DNA from: Patescibacteria group bacterium | Lineage (GTDB): Bacteria; Patescibacteriota; Saccharimonadia; Saccharimonadales; 2-12-FULL-41-12 | Direction of reading: 5' to 3' | Assembly: GCA_038064875.1 (NCBI GenBank) | Contig: JBBTSC010000001.1 | Coordinates: 635,004 to 699,003 of the forward strand | DNA: 64,000 nt | Translations under genes and position numbers: made by a program | Notes under the pieces: model-generated | What the model was told of the DNA's origin: nothing | The model's input: only the letters and a program-made list of their open reading frames with translations | Databases searched by the model: none | Shown here: positions 42,760 to 52,724 of the stretch, piece by piece | How positions within the stretch are numbered: position 1 is the stretch's first letter | Layout of the letters: each line of letters begins with the position of its first letter

Positions 42760-44988
42760 ATGTCGATAGATTCAGTAATACTCATCATATGTATAGTTGT
42801 AGCCTTCTTGTTGGGGTTATTAGTATTTTTGCAAAACCGTCAACAACCTAACAATGTTCGTTTTGCTCTGCTAAGTGTGGCTCTGATCTTGTGGATTACT
42901 TTTAATTATATTTCTGACAATTCAGATAGTCATGTTCTCTTGTCAACAAGACTTACATTTATTAGTGGTATCTTGACAATTTATGCTTTTGTTAATTTTC
43001 TTTTACATTTTCCAAAGAATGTTTTGGTTAAATTTAAATTGTCGATCAACACTTTTAATCTAATAGCACTCTTCATGTTGCCTGTAGCACTAACCCCTTG
43101 GTTCATCGAATCAGTATCAATAAGTGAGAGTCATGCTGAGATAACAACAGGATCACTATACAATGCCTTTAACCTATATGTGTTGGTGGGTGTTTTGATG
43201 ATAATAACATCTATAAAAGGGCAATATAGTAGCGCAGAGTCTCAGGTCCAAAAAAATCAGATTAGACTTGTCTCTACAGGCGCGCTACTCTATGCATTTT
43301 TTGCTATTGGTTCCAACGTAATACTTCCATTCATAATCGATAATTGGTCTGTTTCTAGGTTTGGCCCAGCGTTTACTTTGTTTTTTCAAATCATGGTGGC
43401 GTATGCAATTATTAAGCATAAGCTTTTTGATATTAAAGCTTTGGTTGCACGATCTTTTGTATATACGATAACTACCACTGTTCTGGTCACGCTATATTCT
43501 GCGATATCTCTGCCGATAAAGAATTTCCTGATATCTATCAATACAGAGAGTTACGTTTCGACAATTGTAGAGATTGTCCTGTTGGGAATCTTTGGCGTAT
43601 CTTTCTATCCGCTCAAAGTTTATTTCGACCGTGTAACCACCAAATACTTTTTCAGAGATCACTATAACACACAGGAAGTTTTGCGAAGTATTAACACTAT
43701 CTTGTCAGACAGTGTAGATCTAGACAGGATGCTACACAGAGTTGGCGGGATACTCAGAGCAACTCTACACGTAGAGTATTGCTCGTTCATGATCAACGAA
43801 AGTGATGGAGAGACCAATAGCATAAGACATATCAATATAGGTAGGGCTATTCATCGAGTTACTATTCACGAAAATTTAGAAAAACTTCTCAAAAAAAGCA
43901 ATGTAGTTATAACAGAGCAACTTCGCGATGATAACCCGCTTGAGAAAGAGCAAAAAGAACAACTTACCAGGCAAGACATCGCGGGTGTAGTAAAGCTCAA
44001 AGGAGTTGACGAGCATGGTCATATAGAGAATGAAGGATTTCTAATACTCGGCAACAAAAAGAGTGGTCGAGGATTCTCAGGGCAGGACGAAAAAATGCTG
44101 GAGATTCTCTCTGGTCAATTCGCTGTGGCTATACAGAACTTAGTGCATCTTGATGAAATCGTGCACTTCAACATAAAACTTCAAGAAGAAGTCACCGATG
44201 CTACCAAGGAGCTCAAGGTAAAGAACAAGAAACTTCGTGAGCTCGATCAGACAAAGGATGAATTCGTTAGTATGGCTTCACACCAGCTACGTACGCCACT
44301 GACTTCTGTAAAAGGCTACTTGAGTATGGTACTAGACGGTGATGCTGGCGAGCTCAAGCCCGCACAAAAACAACTGCTCGACCAAGCCTATATCAGTACT
44401 CAGAGGATGGTTTATCTCATAGCCGACTTACTAAATTTATCTCGTCTCAAAACAGGCAAATTCATGATCAACCCGCAACCTACCAATTTAGCCCACATGA
44501 TTGAAGGCGAGATACATCAGATCGAGCAAACAGCTAAAGCTAGCGATTTGAAAGTGAGCTTCATGTGTGATCCGTCTATCCCGGATCTGATGCTTGATGA
44601 TATGAAGACTAGGCAGGTGATAATGAACTTTATCGATAACGCGATCTATTACACGCCAAAAGGTGGGAATATAGAGGTATATCTAGAAAAAGAAGACGGA
44701 AAAGCTATCTTTAAAGTTAGCGACAGTGGTATTGGCGTGGCCAAAGAAGACCAAAAAGAACTCTTTGGTAAATTCTTCCGTGCTGGAAATGCCCGAAAAG
44801 CGCGACCAGATGGCACAGGACTCGGGCTTTATATGGCAAAGATGGTTATCGATGCTCAAGGTGGAAAGATCCTGTTCTCTAGTCAAGAGGGCAAAGGCAG
44901 TACCTTTGGGTTCAGCTTTGACATAGAGCAACTAAAAGTTGGCGTTGATACACAAAATCTACCAGTTACCCCTGACCAAGCGCCATAA
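42760..44988 (+). CDS. Sensor histidine kinase with a polytopic N-terminal membrane domain
   Basis: About 7 TM helices, a central GAF-like region, H-box FVSMASHQLRTPLTSVKGY, N-box NFIDNAIYYTP and G-boxes DSGIGV / GTGLGLYMAK. Confidence 0.9.
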   Translation: MSIDSVILIICIVVAFLLGLLVFLQNRQQPNNVRFALLSVALILWITFNYISDNSDSHVLLSTRLTFISGILTIYAFVNFLLHFPKNVLVKFKLSINTFNLIALFMLPVALTPWFIESVSISESHAEITTGSLYNAFNLYVLVGVLMIITSIKGQYSSAESQVQKNQIRLVSTGALLYAFFAIGSNVILPFIIDNWSVSRFGPAFTLFFQIMVAYAIIKHKLFDIKALVARSFVYTITTTVLVTLYSAISLPIKNFLISINTESYVSTIVEIVLLGIFGVSFYPLKVYFDRVTTKYFFRDHYNTQEVLRSINTILSDSVDLDRMLHRVGGILRATLHVEYCSFMINESDGETNSIRHINIGRAIHRVTIHENLEKLLKKSNVVITEQLRDDNPLEKEQKEQLTRQDIAGVVKLKGVDEHGHIENEGFLILGNKKSGRGFSGQDEKMLEILSGQFAVAIQNLVHLDEIVHFNIKLQEEVTDATKELKVKNKKLRELDQTKDEFVSMASHQLRTPLTSVKGYLSMVLDGDAGELKPAQKQLLDQAYISTQRMVYLIADLLNLSRLKTGKFMINPQPTNLAHMIEGEIHQIEQTAKASDLKVSFMCDPSIPDLMLDDMKTRQVIMNFIDNAIYYTPKGGNIEVYLEKEDGKAIFKVSDSGIGVAKEDQKELFGKFFRAGNARKARPDGTGLGLYMAKMVIDAQGGKILFSSQEGKGSTFGFSFDIEQLKVGVDTQNLPVTPDQAP

Positions 44989-45015
44989 TTGTAAGGATTT
45001 TCACACTGGTTATGG

Positions 45016-45044
45016 TTGACTAAACAGTCTAAATGTGGTAAACT
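45016..45044 (+). promoter_or_regulatory. Sigma-70-type promoter (extended -10) for the 45096 block
   Basis: TTGACT (45016..45021), a 17-nt spacer ending in TGg, and TAAACT (45039..45044). Confidence 0.5.
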
Positions 45045-45095
45045 GCCTCTGAACTTAAAAAGTTTGTATTTCAAGCATAATATGCGAGAAAAGTT

Positions 45096-46226
45096 ATGGA
45101 TAGAAGAGAACAAGAACCAAAGCTTAACGTTTTACAGCGGACGAGCGAAAGAATAGAATCAGTAGCCGATAGAGTCGGAAGTTGTGTCGGATCAGTTGTT
45201 GATTTTGTTGGTGATATAGATTTGCGTGGCAATCGTCTTCTTTTGCCAGCTCTGGCATTTATTGCAATAGGTGGGGCGTTAAATTCAGATGCAGATATTG
45301 CTGATGCACGTGGCTCTTCTGGCCCAGGAATTACTAGATATACAGATGAGAACCCACGTACTAGCTCCGTTACAACGACAACCTTCAAAGAGTCACGAAA
45401 TCAGACTAGAATTTCAGTAAAAACATCTTCTAGGAAGCCAAAGAATGCTCCAACAGACTTTGATGCTCTTAAATCAACAAATCCAGCAGATCCACTAGCT
45501 CCGAAGACTCTAAGATACCCGGCATTTGAAAACAATCCACTTGATATAACTATTCGAGTACCTTATAACTTTGAGTTTGGTAAGCCAACTCCAGCTACAT
45601 ACATAATGAAATATGATGCAAAGCAGAAGTGGCGACCACGAGGCGTTAAATCAAAAAATGCTAAATCACACAAGAAGAATTTTGGAAAAACTCCACTGAC
45701 CGTCTTTAACATGTACACAAACGAAAATTATGGGCTAACAAATTTCAAGGATAATCTATACTACAGTAAACTCACAGGCAAGCCCCAGTCTGATGTTAAT
45801 AAACATCCTTCTTTTAAGATAAAGCCTAATAAGACAGTAGTAAAAACTATCATGACTACCTTTGACCAATGTAATGACTGGGTGTTTAGAGGTCCAACAG
45901 CTGAATCAGATAGGGCAAAATTCAAGGCAGAAGGCTTTGACCCCATTCCACCAGAAAATTACCGATGTTTACCAGTTGATATGGCATTAAATGTTGAAGC
46001 AAAGCTGAAGAAAACAAAAAAACGAGGTGGCAAGAAACTGGTCTACGAATCAGATGTGAGCAATTCCGTTGGGATAAATAATGTCAGCATAAAGAATCCA
46101 ACTGAGATCTTTACATTGCCCGGCGATGAGCCTGCCCCGTCGCCAACTACTCCGACTGGTCCAACTGGTCCAACCGCTTACACCTATCCAAGTCGTGATA
46201 ATCACGAGTTTAGCCTAGTCGCCTAA
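45096..46226 (+). CDS. Hypothetical N-terminally anchored extracytoplasmic protein
   Basis: 376 aa with a TM at LLLPALAFIAIGGAL, a K-rich body and a C-terminal PTTPTGPTGPT tract. I recognise no motif. Confidence 0.6.
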   Translation: MDRREQEPKLNVLQRTSERIESVADRVGSCVGSVVDFVGDIDLRGNRLLLPALAFIAIGGALNSDADIADARGSSGPGITRYTDENPRTSSVTTTTFKESRNQTRISVKTSSRKPKNAPTDFDALKSTNPADPLAPKTLRYPAFENNPLDITIRVPYNFEFGKPTPATYIMKYDAKQKWRPRGVKSKNAKSHKKNFGKTPLTVFNMYTNENYGLTNFKDNLYYSKLTGKPQSDVNKHPSFKIKPNKTVVKTIMTTFDQCNDWVFRGPTAESDRAKFKAEGFDPIPPENYRCLPVDMALNVEAKLKKTKKRGGKKLVYESDVSNSVGINNVSIKNPTEIFTLPGDEPAPSPTTPTGPTGPTAYTYPSRDNHEFSLVA

Positions 46227-46311
46227 AAGCTTAACCTTATTGCTATAGATGCTTGCAATATAGTATTATTGTATAAGCGTAAGCATAGCTAATCTAACAA
46301 TGGTCAGGTGA

Positions 46312-46719
46312 GTGGTGAAGGTAAAGCTAAAATTTAAAAAAGATTTGTTCAAAACAAAACCGTTTTTGGTCGGCGTGGTTTTGACTCTTATACTCTTGAT
46401 TATCATAGGGCTTGCTACTGTGTATTACTTTACGTACGGTAAAGACGCACAAATTCCAGAAGATCGTAGGAATGTAACTGGTCCGGCAGTAAAAGCAGTG
46501 CCTGACCCTGCAGGTGGTGACCCCGCCCTCGTTACTAGCTATTATCAGCAGGCGCTCAGTGCATGGAAAGCCGGAGATAAGGAAAAAGCAAAATCACTAG
46601 CCCAAAAAGGGCTTGATGTAAATGAACAACTTACAGAGGCACAGAAATCTCAAGTGCCAGATCAAATGAACACAGTTTACAATCTTTTTTACATAACCGA
46701 AGGAAGTTATCGTGAATAG
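46312..46719 (+). CDS. Hypothetical single-pass membrane protein
   Basis: GTG start after AGGTGA. It has a TM (PFLVGVVLTLILLIIIGLATVYYF) and a short helical ectodomain. Its end overlaps the next gene by 8 nt. Confidence 0.55.
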   Translation: MVKVKLKFKKDLFKTKPFLVGVVLTLILLIIIGLATVYYFTYGKDAQIPEDRRNVTGPAVKAVPDPAGGDPALVTSYYQQALSAWKAGDKEKAKSLAQKGLDVNEQLTEAQKSQVPDQMNTVYNLFYITEGSYRE

Positions 46720-49700
46720 TATTCTAAGTATGAGAAGTAGAATTTTTATACTCTTAGCTCTCTTAGTTTCGACGGTCGCCCTAACGGTATGTTCACCTAA
46801 AATAGCTCATGCTGACTATTTTGACTTGGATAATTATCTTTCAGTGCCCTATGATCAATATGTAAGTAATGAAGAAAATGATCCTGTCACTGGTAGAGGC
46901 AATAAAACCCCAAGATTAAGATTTTTATTCTATACTGACGAAAACGCTCCCTCAGATTTTGTGATCATTCAGAACGTGACAGTTACTGGAAAGCCAAGAT
47001 GTGGTGATTTCAATATATCCATCAATAATTTACCTGATGATGCTCCTAGGAATGGTAGAGATAATTTCGGAAGTCCTGTCGCTGTAAACGAGGGAAATAC
47101 TGATAAGTGTAGGACTACAAGCGACGGAAATGGCTTTATAATCAGAGATCTCGCATCATATAATAAATTTCGTCCATCAGTCAGATTTCCTGGCAGAGCA
47201 GTGGTTGCTATTGAGTTGAGACTGAAGGATACTTCATCAAGTAAGTTTGTTGACGTAGATGTATCATTCAATGGCAATAATAGACTAAGTCACATTGGCT
47301 CATATACTAATCCCCCAGTCGATGCTGATGGCGTAAGTTATAGTCGTTGGCAAGCTGGCTATGGGAATATAGTTGCTGACTTTGCTCCTCCGTGTGATTA
47401 TAACGGTCCAGGAACGGTCAATATACATTGGAAAGATGCTGATTCGCGAGAAGATGCAAACGGCGGACCTTCACAGCCGGTAACCTATAGGATGGAAATG
47501 AAAAACGCTCCAACAACCTCACAGCCAAATCCGCCCTGGCGCCAGATTCGTAGTGGAGATGCCGGTAGCGGTGGCGACATAAAGAATAGGTCATTTCCGG
47601 CAGTCGCTGGCGCAAAATACAGAATGATATTTGAGAATGTTCGAGGCAGAGGCAGTAGTAATCCGGCCAATACAGTTAAAGTCTGGTATCCTTTTGATCA
47701 GGCCGCGGCTTTTGTGCCTTGCCCGCCAAAGACTGCAGGAGGAAATGCAGTTTGTCAGAGGTTTGGAGCATTGCCTGATCGTTATAAGCTCCAACCACAC
47801 TCACGCTATAGGTTCTCCTATTATCCAAACAGTAATCCGGGAACTTTGGGGAACTGGGCAACAACCTCAGGTAGTTACATAAGAAATGACGCAAGCTTGT
47901 TTTGGTCCGGCAATGATGGTTGGTCAGCTGTAGATTATCAGACAAATAGCACGAACAGCACAGAAGACTATTATTATGATTATCCTCCACCTTCGTCAGA
48001 TGGATGGATTGTCAAAGTAGAGCGATGGGAGCATACAGAACGTAGAGATTCTCCTTCACCAACATGGGATGGGCAAGAGTGGGAGTATCACCATGATTCA
48101 TATCAGGTTAATGGGTGTTATGTTGCCCCGTGCACTGTTAGTGTTGGAGCAAGTCTGGGAGGAAGACCTAATTCTGCAGGGGCGAATACGAATATAGGAT
48201 TGTCAGTTGACGTTACAAACACTGGGCTGGCAGATATGAACAACATCACAGTTAATATTGGGTCTAACCCAGGCGGAATTGGATACAGTACATCATTCCC
48301 ATTAGGCTCAGGAGATCCAACTTCTGTAGATCCTGGCTTGTTAGCGCCCGACGATATAAATTCTAGAACGATAACGGCTAGCCTGAATTATGGTGCAGTA
48401 AATCTGGGGTCATGCTCTACTAGTCTAGATACCTACAGAGAATATGATGTTGGGGCGATAGCACGGATTAACAGTGCTGATAACGAAAATCCAACAGTTA
48501 TAAATTACACCGCAGGAGGCTCAGCATTTATTAGAAACCCAGGAGTCAATGTAGTTATACCAACTCAGGCTAATATAGTTAGACAAAACGAGGATGGTAC
48601 GTATAGTGGCTCTCTGGACACATTGGTTAATGGTTCTCCAACGTATGCGCCGTGGACACAAACAGCAAATAGTACGGCAGTGAACAGAACTCTAATACCT
48701 CCCGGGGCGTTCTATTGTGTTAGAACGGTTCTTGCACCCGGTCATGGATGGGTTGGTCCGCCTGTTAGCGGAGGAACAAGCTCAAACATAATTGCTATTG
48801 AGAACAGACAAGACGAACGGTGTGAGAGGGTGGTCAATAAACCTTATGTAAGGTTCTACGGTCAAGACGTGTTTGCCGGAGGTAATTTCCCTAACGATAC
48901 GCAAACAAACGGTGGAATCGATGCTAACTACAGAGCAACAGGTGTTGGTTCTGGTGTTGAATATGCTGCCTTTGCACTGGGTGGAATAGATAGGTTTGCT
49001 TCAAATAACATGAAGACAGATGGAGCATTTGACCTGCTAAACTTTGCTTCTACGCCAACCAAGGGTAACTTTGGCGCGGAGCATATAGCAACAGACTATT
49101 TTGCTAATATACCACTCAACGTTAGAACGTTGCCAGCCACGGGCAGTGTTGACATAAGCTCGGTAAATAACGAGTCCGTGTATTACAACGGAGATGTCAG
49201 CATAGATGCTAGCTCACCTCTAGCTCCTGGCACAAGTAGAACACTATTTGTAGACGGAGATGTAGTGATCAGGAATAATATTGCCTATACAAACTGGGGC
49301 ACAGATATAAATGCGATTCCGAATTTCCGACTCTTTGTAAAAGGCAACATCTATATTGCTAGTAATGTGGGTCAAATAGATGGACTTTTGGTCGCTCAGC
49401 CGACTGATGATCCAAATACTGGTCAACTACATACGTGTACAAAGCCAGATGGCTCTCCAGCTAGTCTGACTATCAGGGGTACGGCGAGTAACAATAGTAA
49501 CCCAGCAGACCCTAATTATGGTGAGTGTTCAGGCAAACTGACAATCAATGGAGCTGTCGTGGCGCAAAAAGTTAAATGGCTCAGGACATTTAGGACACTG
49601 AGTGACGCTCTGAGCGGTGGACTGGAGCCATATAACGGTACAAATGCATCAGAGCTCATTAATGCGTCTTCAGAACTTTACTTTGGCAGGCCAGCAGATC

Positions 49701-49765
49701 CTCCAACAGGTGGTGGTACGAGTGGCAAGTATGATTCATATCAAGCGTTACCGCCAATACTTTGA
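46712..49765 (+). CDS. Large secreted orphan protein (1017 aa)
   Basis: Signal peptide (IFILLALLVSTVALTVCSPKIAHA). The body is G/N/T/S/P-rich with scattered Cys pairs. The C-terminal third has beta-strand-like periodicity (LFVDGDVVIRNNIAY...FRLFVKGNIYIASNVGQIDGLLVAQ...LTINGAVVAQKV). Confidence 0.7.
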   Translation: MNSILSMRSRIFILLALLVSTVALTVCSPKIAHADYFDLDNYLSVPYDQYVSNEENDPVTGRGNKTPRLRFLFYTDENAPSDFVIIQNVTVTGKPRCGDFNISINNLPDDAPRNGRDNFGSPVAVNEGNTDKCRTTSDGNGFIIRDLASYNKFRPSVRFPGRAVVAIELRLKDTSSSKFVDVDVSFNGNNRLSHIGSYTNPPVDADGVSYSRWQAGYGNIVADFAPPCDYNGPGTVNIHWKDADSREDANGGPSQPVTYRMEMKNAPTTSQPNPPWRQIRSGDAGSGGDIKNRSFPAVAGAKYRMIFENVRGRGSSNPANTVKVWYPFDQAAAFVPCPPKTAGGNAVCQRFGALPDRYKLQPHSRYRFSYYPNSNPGTLGNWATTSGSYIRNDASLFWSGNDGWSAVDYQTNSTNSTEDYYYDYPPPSSDGWIVKVERWEHTERRDSPSPTWDGQEWEYHHDSYQVNGCYVAPCTVSVGASLGGRPNSAGANTNIGLSVDVTNTGLADMNNITVNIGSNPGGIGYSTSFPLGSGDPTSVDPGLLAPDDINSRTITASLNYGAVNLGSCSTSLDTYREYDVGAIARINSADNENPTVINYTAGGSAFIRNPGVNVVIPTQANIVRQNEDGTYSGSLDTLVNGSPTYAPWTQTANSTAVNRTLIPPGAFYCVRTVLAPGHGWVGPPVSGGTSSNIIAIENRQDERCERVVNKPYVRFYGQDVFAGGNFPNDTQTNGGIDANYRATGVGSGVEYAAFALGGIDRFASNNMKTDGAFDLLNFASTPTKGNFGAEHIATDYFANIPLNVRTLPATGSVDISSVNNESVYYNGDVSIDASSPLAPGTSRTLFVDGDVVIRNNIAYTNWGTDINAIPNFRLFVKGNIYIASNVGQIDGLLVAQPTDDPNTGQLHTCTKPDGSPASLTIRGTASNNSNPADPNYGECSGKLTINGAVVAQKVKWLRTFRTLSDALSGGLEPYNGTNASELINASSELYFGRPADPPTGGGTSGKYDSYQALPPIL

Positions 49766-49781
49766 TTAATAAAATATAAAT

Positions 49782-50975
49782 ATGATCTTACACCACTACG
49801 CACTTCACAGAATGAGCATGAGAAAAGACGATCTTGGCGAGCTGTATGTCTCTGCCTCGCTGAGGTCTTTTGCCCTCGGTCTAGCTGGCATATTTATACC
49901 AATATTCTTGTACAAACAGGGTTGGTCTCTGACAAATATACTGTTCTTTTACATGATATTTTTTATGTATAGTTTAGCGTTCGCTAGATATCTAGGTGAA
50001 TATGCTATGAAGTATGGCTCTAAGCATCTGATGGCGGTCTCGTTTTCTTTTAGTTTTGCATCTTTGGCGTTCCTCAGCATAGATCAATCTCTTATATCAG
50101 TTTTTTGTATAGTGGCCCCACTTTATGCGATAGCAGAGTCGGCTTATTGGATAAGCAATCATGTGATATTAACAGAGACTAAAGAGTCTGGGCATGTCGG
50201 AAGATCTGTTGCAAAGTACAATATACTGGTTGGTATTTTCTCTGCTTTGGGTCCTCTAGTCGGTGGTGTGATCGGTGAGCACTATGGTTTGAGGACGGCT
50301 TTTATGATTAGTTTGGTTGTTCTGATTGTAGCCCTGAGACCTCTTTTTATCACAAGAGAAGGGATTAGTTTTGGTAAATTTGATCTGAGTAAACTTGAGA
50401 AGGATAAAGGGTTGATCCACGATATGTTCATCCTTGGGCTAGGTACAATAGCAAACGCAGCTGTATTGGTGTTTTGGCCGTTATTTATCTACAGCAGAAC
50501 TGGAGGTTTGATAAAAACAGGTTTGATAGTTGCTATATCTCTAACTGCTACAACTTTGGCGTGCTGGATGGCGGGCCAGTTAAATGATAACAACAAGGGT
50601 AGAAAAGTTAGAAAGCTAGGATCTCTAACCTGGTTCATAGCGTCTGTTGCTATGGTTTTGAGTCCTGGCATAATTATCTTAGCCTTAGCTAATATGTTAG
50701 GTCATATTAGTCAGATGTTGTCTGTGGTGCCAAGGACATCAACGGTTATCTCCCACTCATTTGATGAATACAGAGCAGAATATATGACAGTAATGTTTAT
50801 GTCTATTCAATTTTTCAAGGTTATATTCATGGCTATTATGGTTGTTGTCAGTCAGCAGATGGATGATTCGAGAGTGCTGAGCACAGGTCTAATATTTGGT
50901 GGTCTGAGCGCCCTTGTGTATTACTATAGTTTTAGTAGAAAACGAAAAATCGTGAAAGATGTTAAAATAGGATAA
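49782..50975 (+). CDS. MFS-type transporter
   Basis: 397 aa with about 11-12 TM helices in two halves. Confidence 0.65.
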   Translation: MILHHYALHRMSMRKDDLGELYVSASLRSFALGLAGIFIPIFLYKQGWSLTNILFFYMIFFMYSLAFARYLGEYAMKYGSKHLMAVSFSFSFASLAFLSIDQSLISVFCIVAPLYAIAESAYWISNHVILTETKESGHVGRSVAKYNILVGIFSALGPLVGGVIGEHYGLRTAFMISLVVLIVALRPLFITREGISFGKFDLSKLEKDKGLIHDMFILGLGTIANAAVLVFWPLFIYSRTGGLIKTGLIVAISLTATTLACWMAGQLNDNNKGRKVRKLGSLTWFIASVAMVLSPGIIILALANMLGHISQMLSVVPRTSTVISHSFDEYRAEYMTVMFMSIQFFKVIFMAIMVVVSQQMDDSRVLSTGLIFGGLSALVYYYSFSRKRKIVKDVKIG

Positions 50976-50989
50976 CAAAGGGAGAATAT

Positions 50990-52018
50990 ATGTTGGATGA
51001 TTCAAATTTCATAAATAAAACGGATAAATCAGATGCTCTCGGGCTTGCTAGTCTCAATGCGGAGCAACTCAAGTATGAATATAATTTGACTATTCTTGGT
51101 TCGCGTTCAGAAGTCGACAACATTGTAGTTAGCGGTATGGGTGGTAGTGCTCTGGGGGCGCTTTTTATTAAATCTTGGCTAGACTTAGATATTCCTTTTG
51201 AGATAGTGAGGGACTACAGCCTGCCGAGTTATGTAAATGAGAGAACTCTTGTTATTGTCTCAAGTTTTTCTGGGAATACAGAAGAGACACTTTCTTGTCT
51301 GGACCGGGCAGAGCAAAATAATGCAAAAGTAGTGTGCGTAGCTGGTGGCGGGCAGTTAGAGGAAAGAGCGTCGAGTGCAGGACACACTTTTGTAAAATTA
51401 CCAGAGTGCCCACAACCTAGATTTGCAGCATTTTACAGTTTTAAAGCGATGGTAGCGATTTTGGTCGCGTTTGGCGTGGTAGACGGGGGCAAATTGACAG
51501 AAATAACTGAAACTAGTTCGTTCTTGAGTGATGAGATCAAAAAAATTACTCAAGATGTTCCAACAGCGCAAAACCCGGCCAAGCAATTGGCTCAAGAAAT
51601 TATCGGAAAAAGCCCAGTTATCTATGCGGGAAGCCTCATGGCAGGCCCAGCTTACAAGTGGAAGATAAGTTTTAACGAAAATGCAAAGAATGTTGCATGG
51701 TACGGCGTGTATCCTGAGTTCAACCACAACGAATTTATTGGCTGGTCTAGTCACCCAAAAGACAAGCCTTACGTTGTTATTGATTTGAGATCTAGTTTTG
51801 ACCATGAACAGGTTAAAAAACGTTTTGAAATCTCTGATCGTTTACTATCTGGCCAGAGACCGAAGGCGAATGTAGTTGAAATAGTCGGATCCAGTAGGCT
51901 ACAGCAGCTAGTATGGGCAGTAACTTTCGGCGATTTTGTATCACTATATGTGGCAATACTTAATGAAGTTGATCCTTCACCTGTAGCTTTGGTCGAACAA
52001 ATGAAGAAAGAGCTTTGA
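50990..52018 (+). CDS. Bifunctional phosphoglucose/phosphomannose isomerase (SIS-domain PGI/PMI family)
   Basis: SGMGGSALGA, SSFSGNTEETL, and a C-terminal bifunctional-PGI/PMI-like region (YPEFNHNEFIGW). Confidence 0.8.
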   Translation: MLDDSNFINKTDKSDALGLASLNAEQLKYEYNLTILGSRSEVDNIVVSGMGGSALGALFIKSWLDLDIPFEIVRDYSLPSYVNERTLVIVSSFSGNTEETLSCLDRAEQNNAKVVCVAGGGQLEERASSAGHTFVKLPECPQPRFAAFYSFKAMVAILVAFGVVDGGKLTEITETSSFLSDEIKKITQDVPTAQNPAKQLAQEIIGKSPVIYAGSLMAGPAYKWKISFNENAKNVAWYGVYPEFNHNEFIGWSSHPKDKPYVVIDLRSSFDHEQVKKRFEISDRLLSGQRPKANVVEIVGSSRLQQLVWAVTFGDFVSLYVAILNEVDPSPVALVEQMKKEL

Positions 52019-52029
52019 GGATCTAGGAG

Positions 52030-52689
52030 ATGTTGTTTGAGAAAAAGAACTTACCCTTTTTCTCTGTACTACTTCTGCCTGCGGTTGTCGCTTTAGCGCT
52101 TCTTGTTATTCGAATTGTGGCAACAGATAGCACTAGGTATCTTTTTCTAATCTGGAATTTACTACTTGCTTTCGTGCCTCTTGTTTTACTCCTAGTTCTT
52201 AAAAACCGACTTAAAAACACCGCATGGTGGAGTGTTCCTAACATACTCATAACTTTTGCTTTCATCGCTTTTCTACCAAATGCGTTCTATATCATGACCG
52301 ACTACAAGCACCTACGCGGTGCGAGTGAAATTAACATTAACTATGATATTTTGATGATCAATGTTTTTGCTTGGACAGGACTACTTTGGGGATATTGTGC
52401 GACATTAGAATTTCACAAAGAGTTGAAGAAGAGACTCTCATCTTCACGTGCTTTAATATCAATGGGATTAGTTTTTTCAGCAATTAGTTTTGCGATCTAC
52501 CTAGGCAGGTTTGTCAGATGGAATAGTTGGGACATACTTGTTCAGCCTGCAGCCATAATATTTGATGTGAGTGATCAAGTGATAAATCCGTCGATGCACG
52601 TTAACGCGTATTTCTATACTTTTATATTTTTCATCTCTTTGTTCTCTATCCACTACACGTTGTGGCGGTTGATCTCTAAATCTAGATAA
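52030..52689 (+). CDS. DUF1361 family membrane protein
   Basis: FLIWNLLLAFVPLVL and LPNAFYIMTDYKHL motifs, with about 6 TM helices. Confidence 0.7.
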   Translation: MLFEKKNLPFFSVLLLPAVVALALLVIRIVATDSTRYLFLIWNLLLAFVPLVLLLVLKNRLKNTAWWSVPNILITFAFIAFLPNAFYIMTDYKHLRGASEININYDILMINVFAWTGLLWGYCATLEFHKELKKRLSSSRALISMGLVFSAISFAIYLGRFVRWNSWDILVQPAAIIFDVSDQVINPSMHVNAYFYTFIFFISLFSIHYTLWRLISKSR

Positions 52690-52724
52690 CGACTGAATGC
52701 TACCAGTGATATAATAGGGACAAG

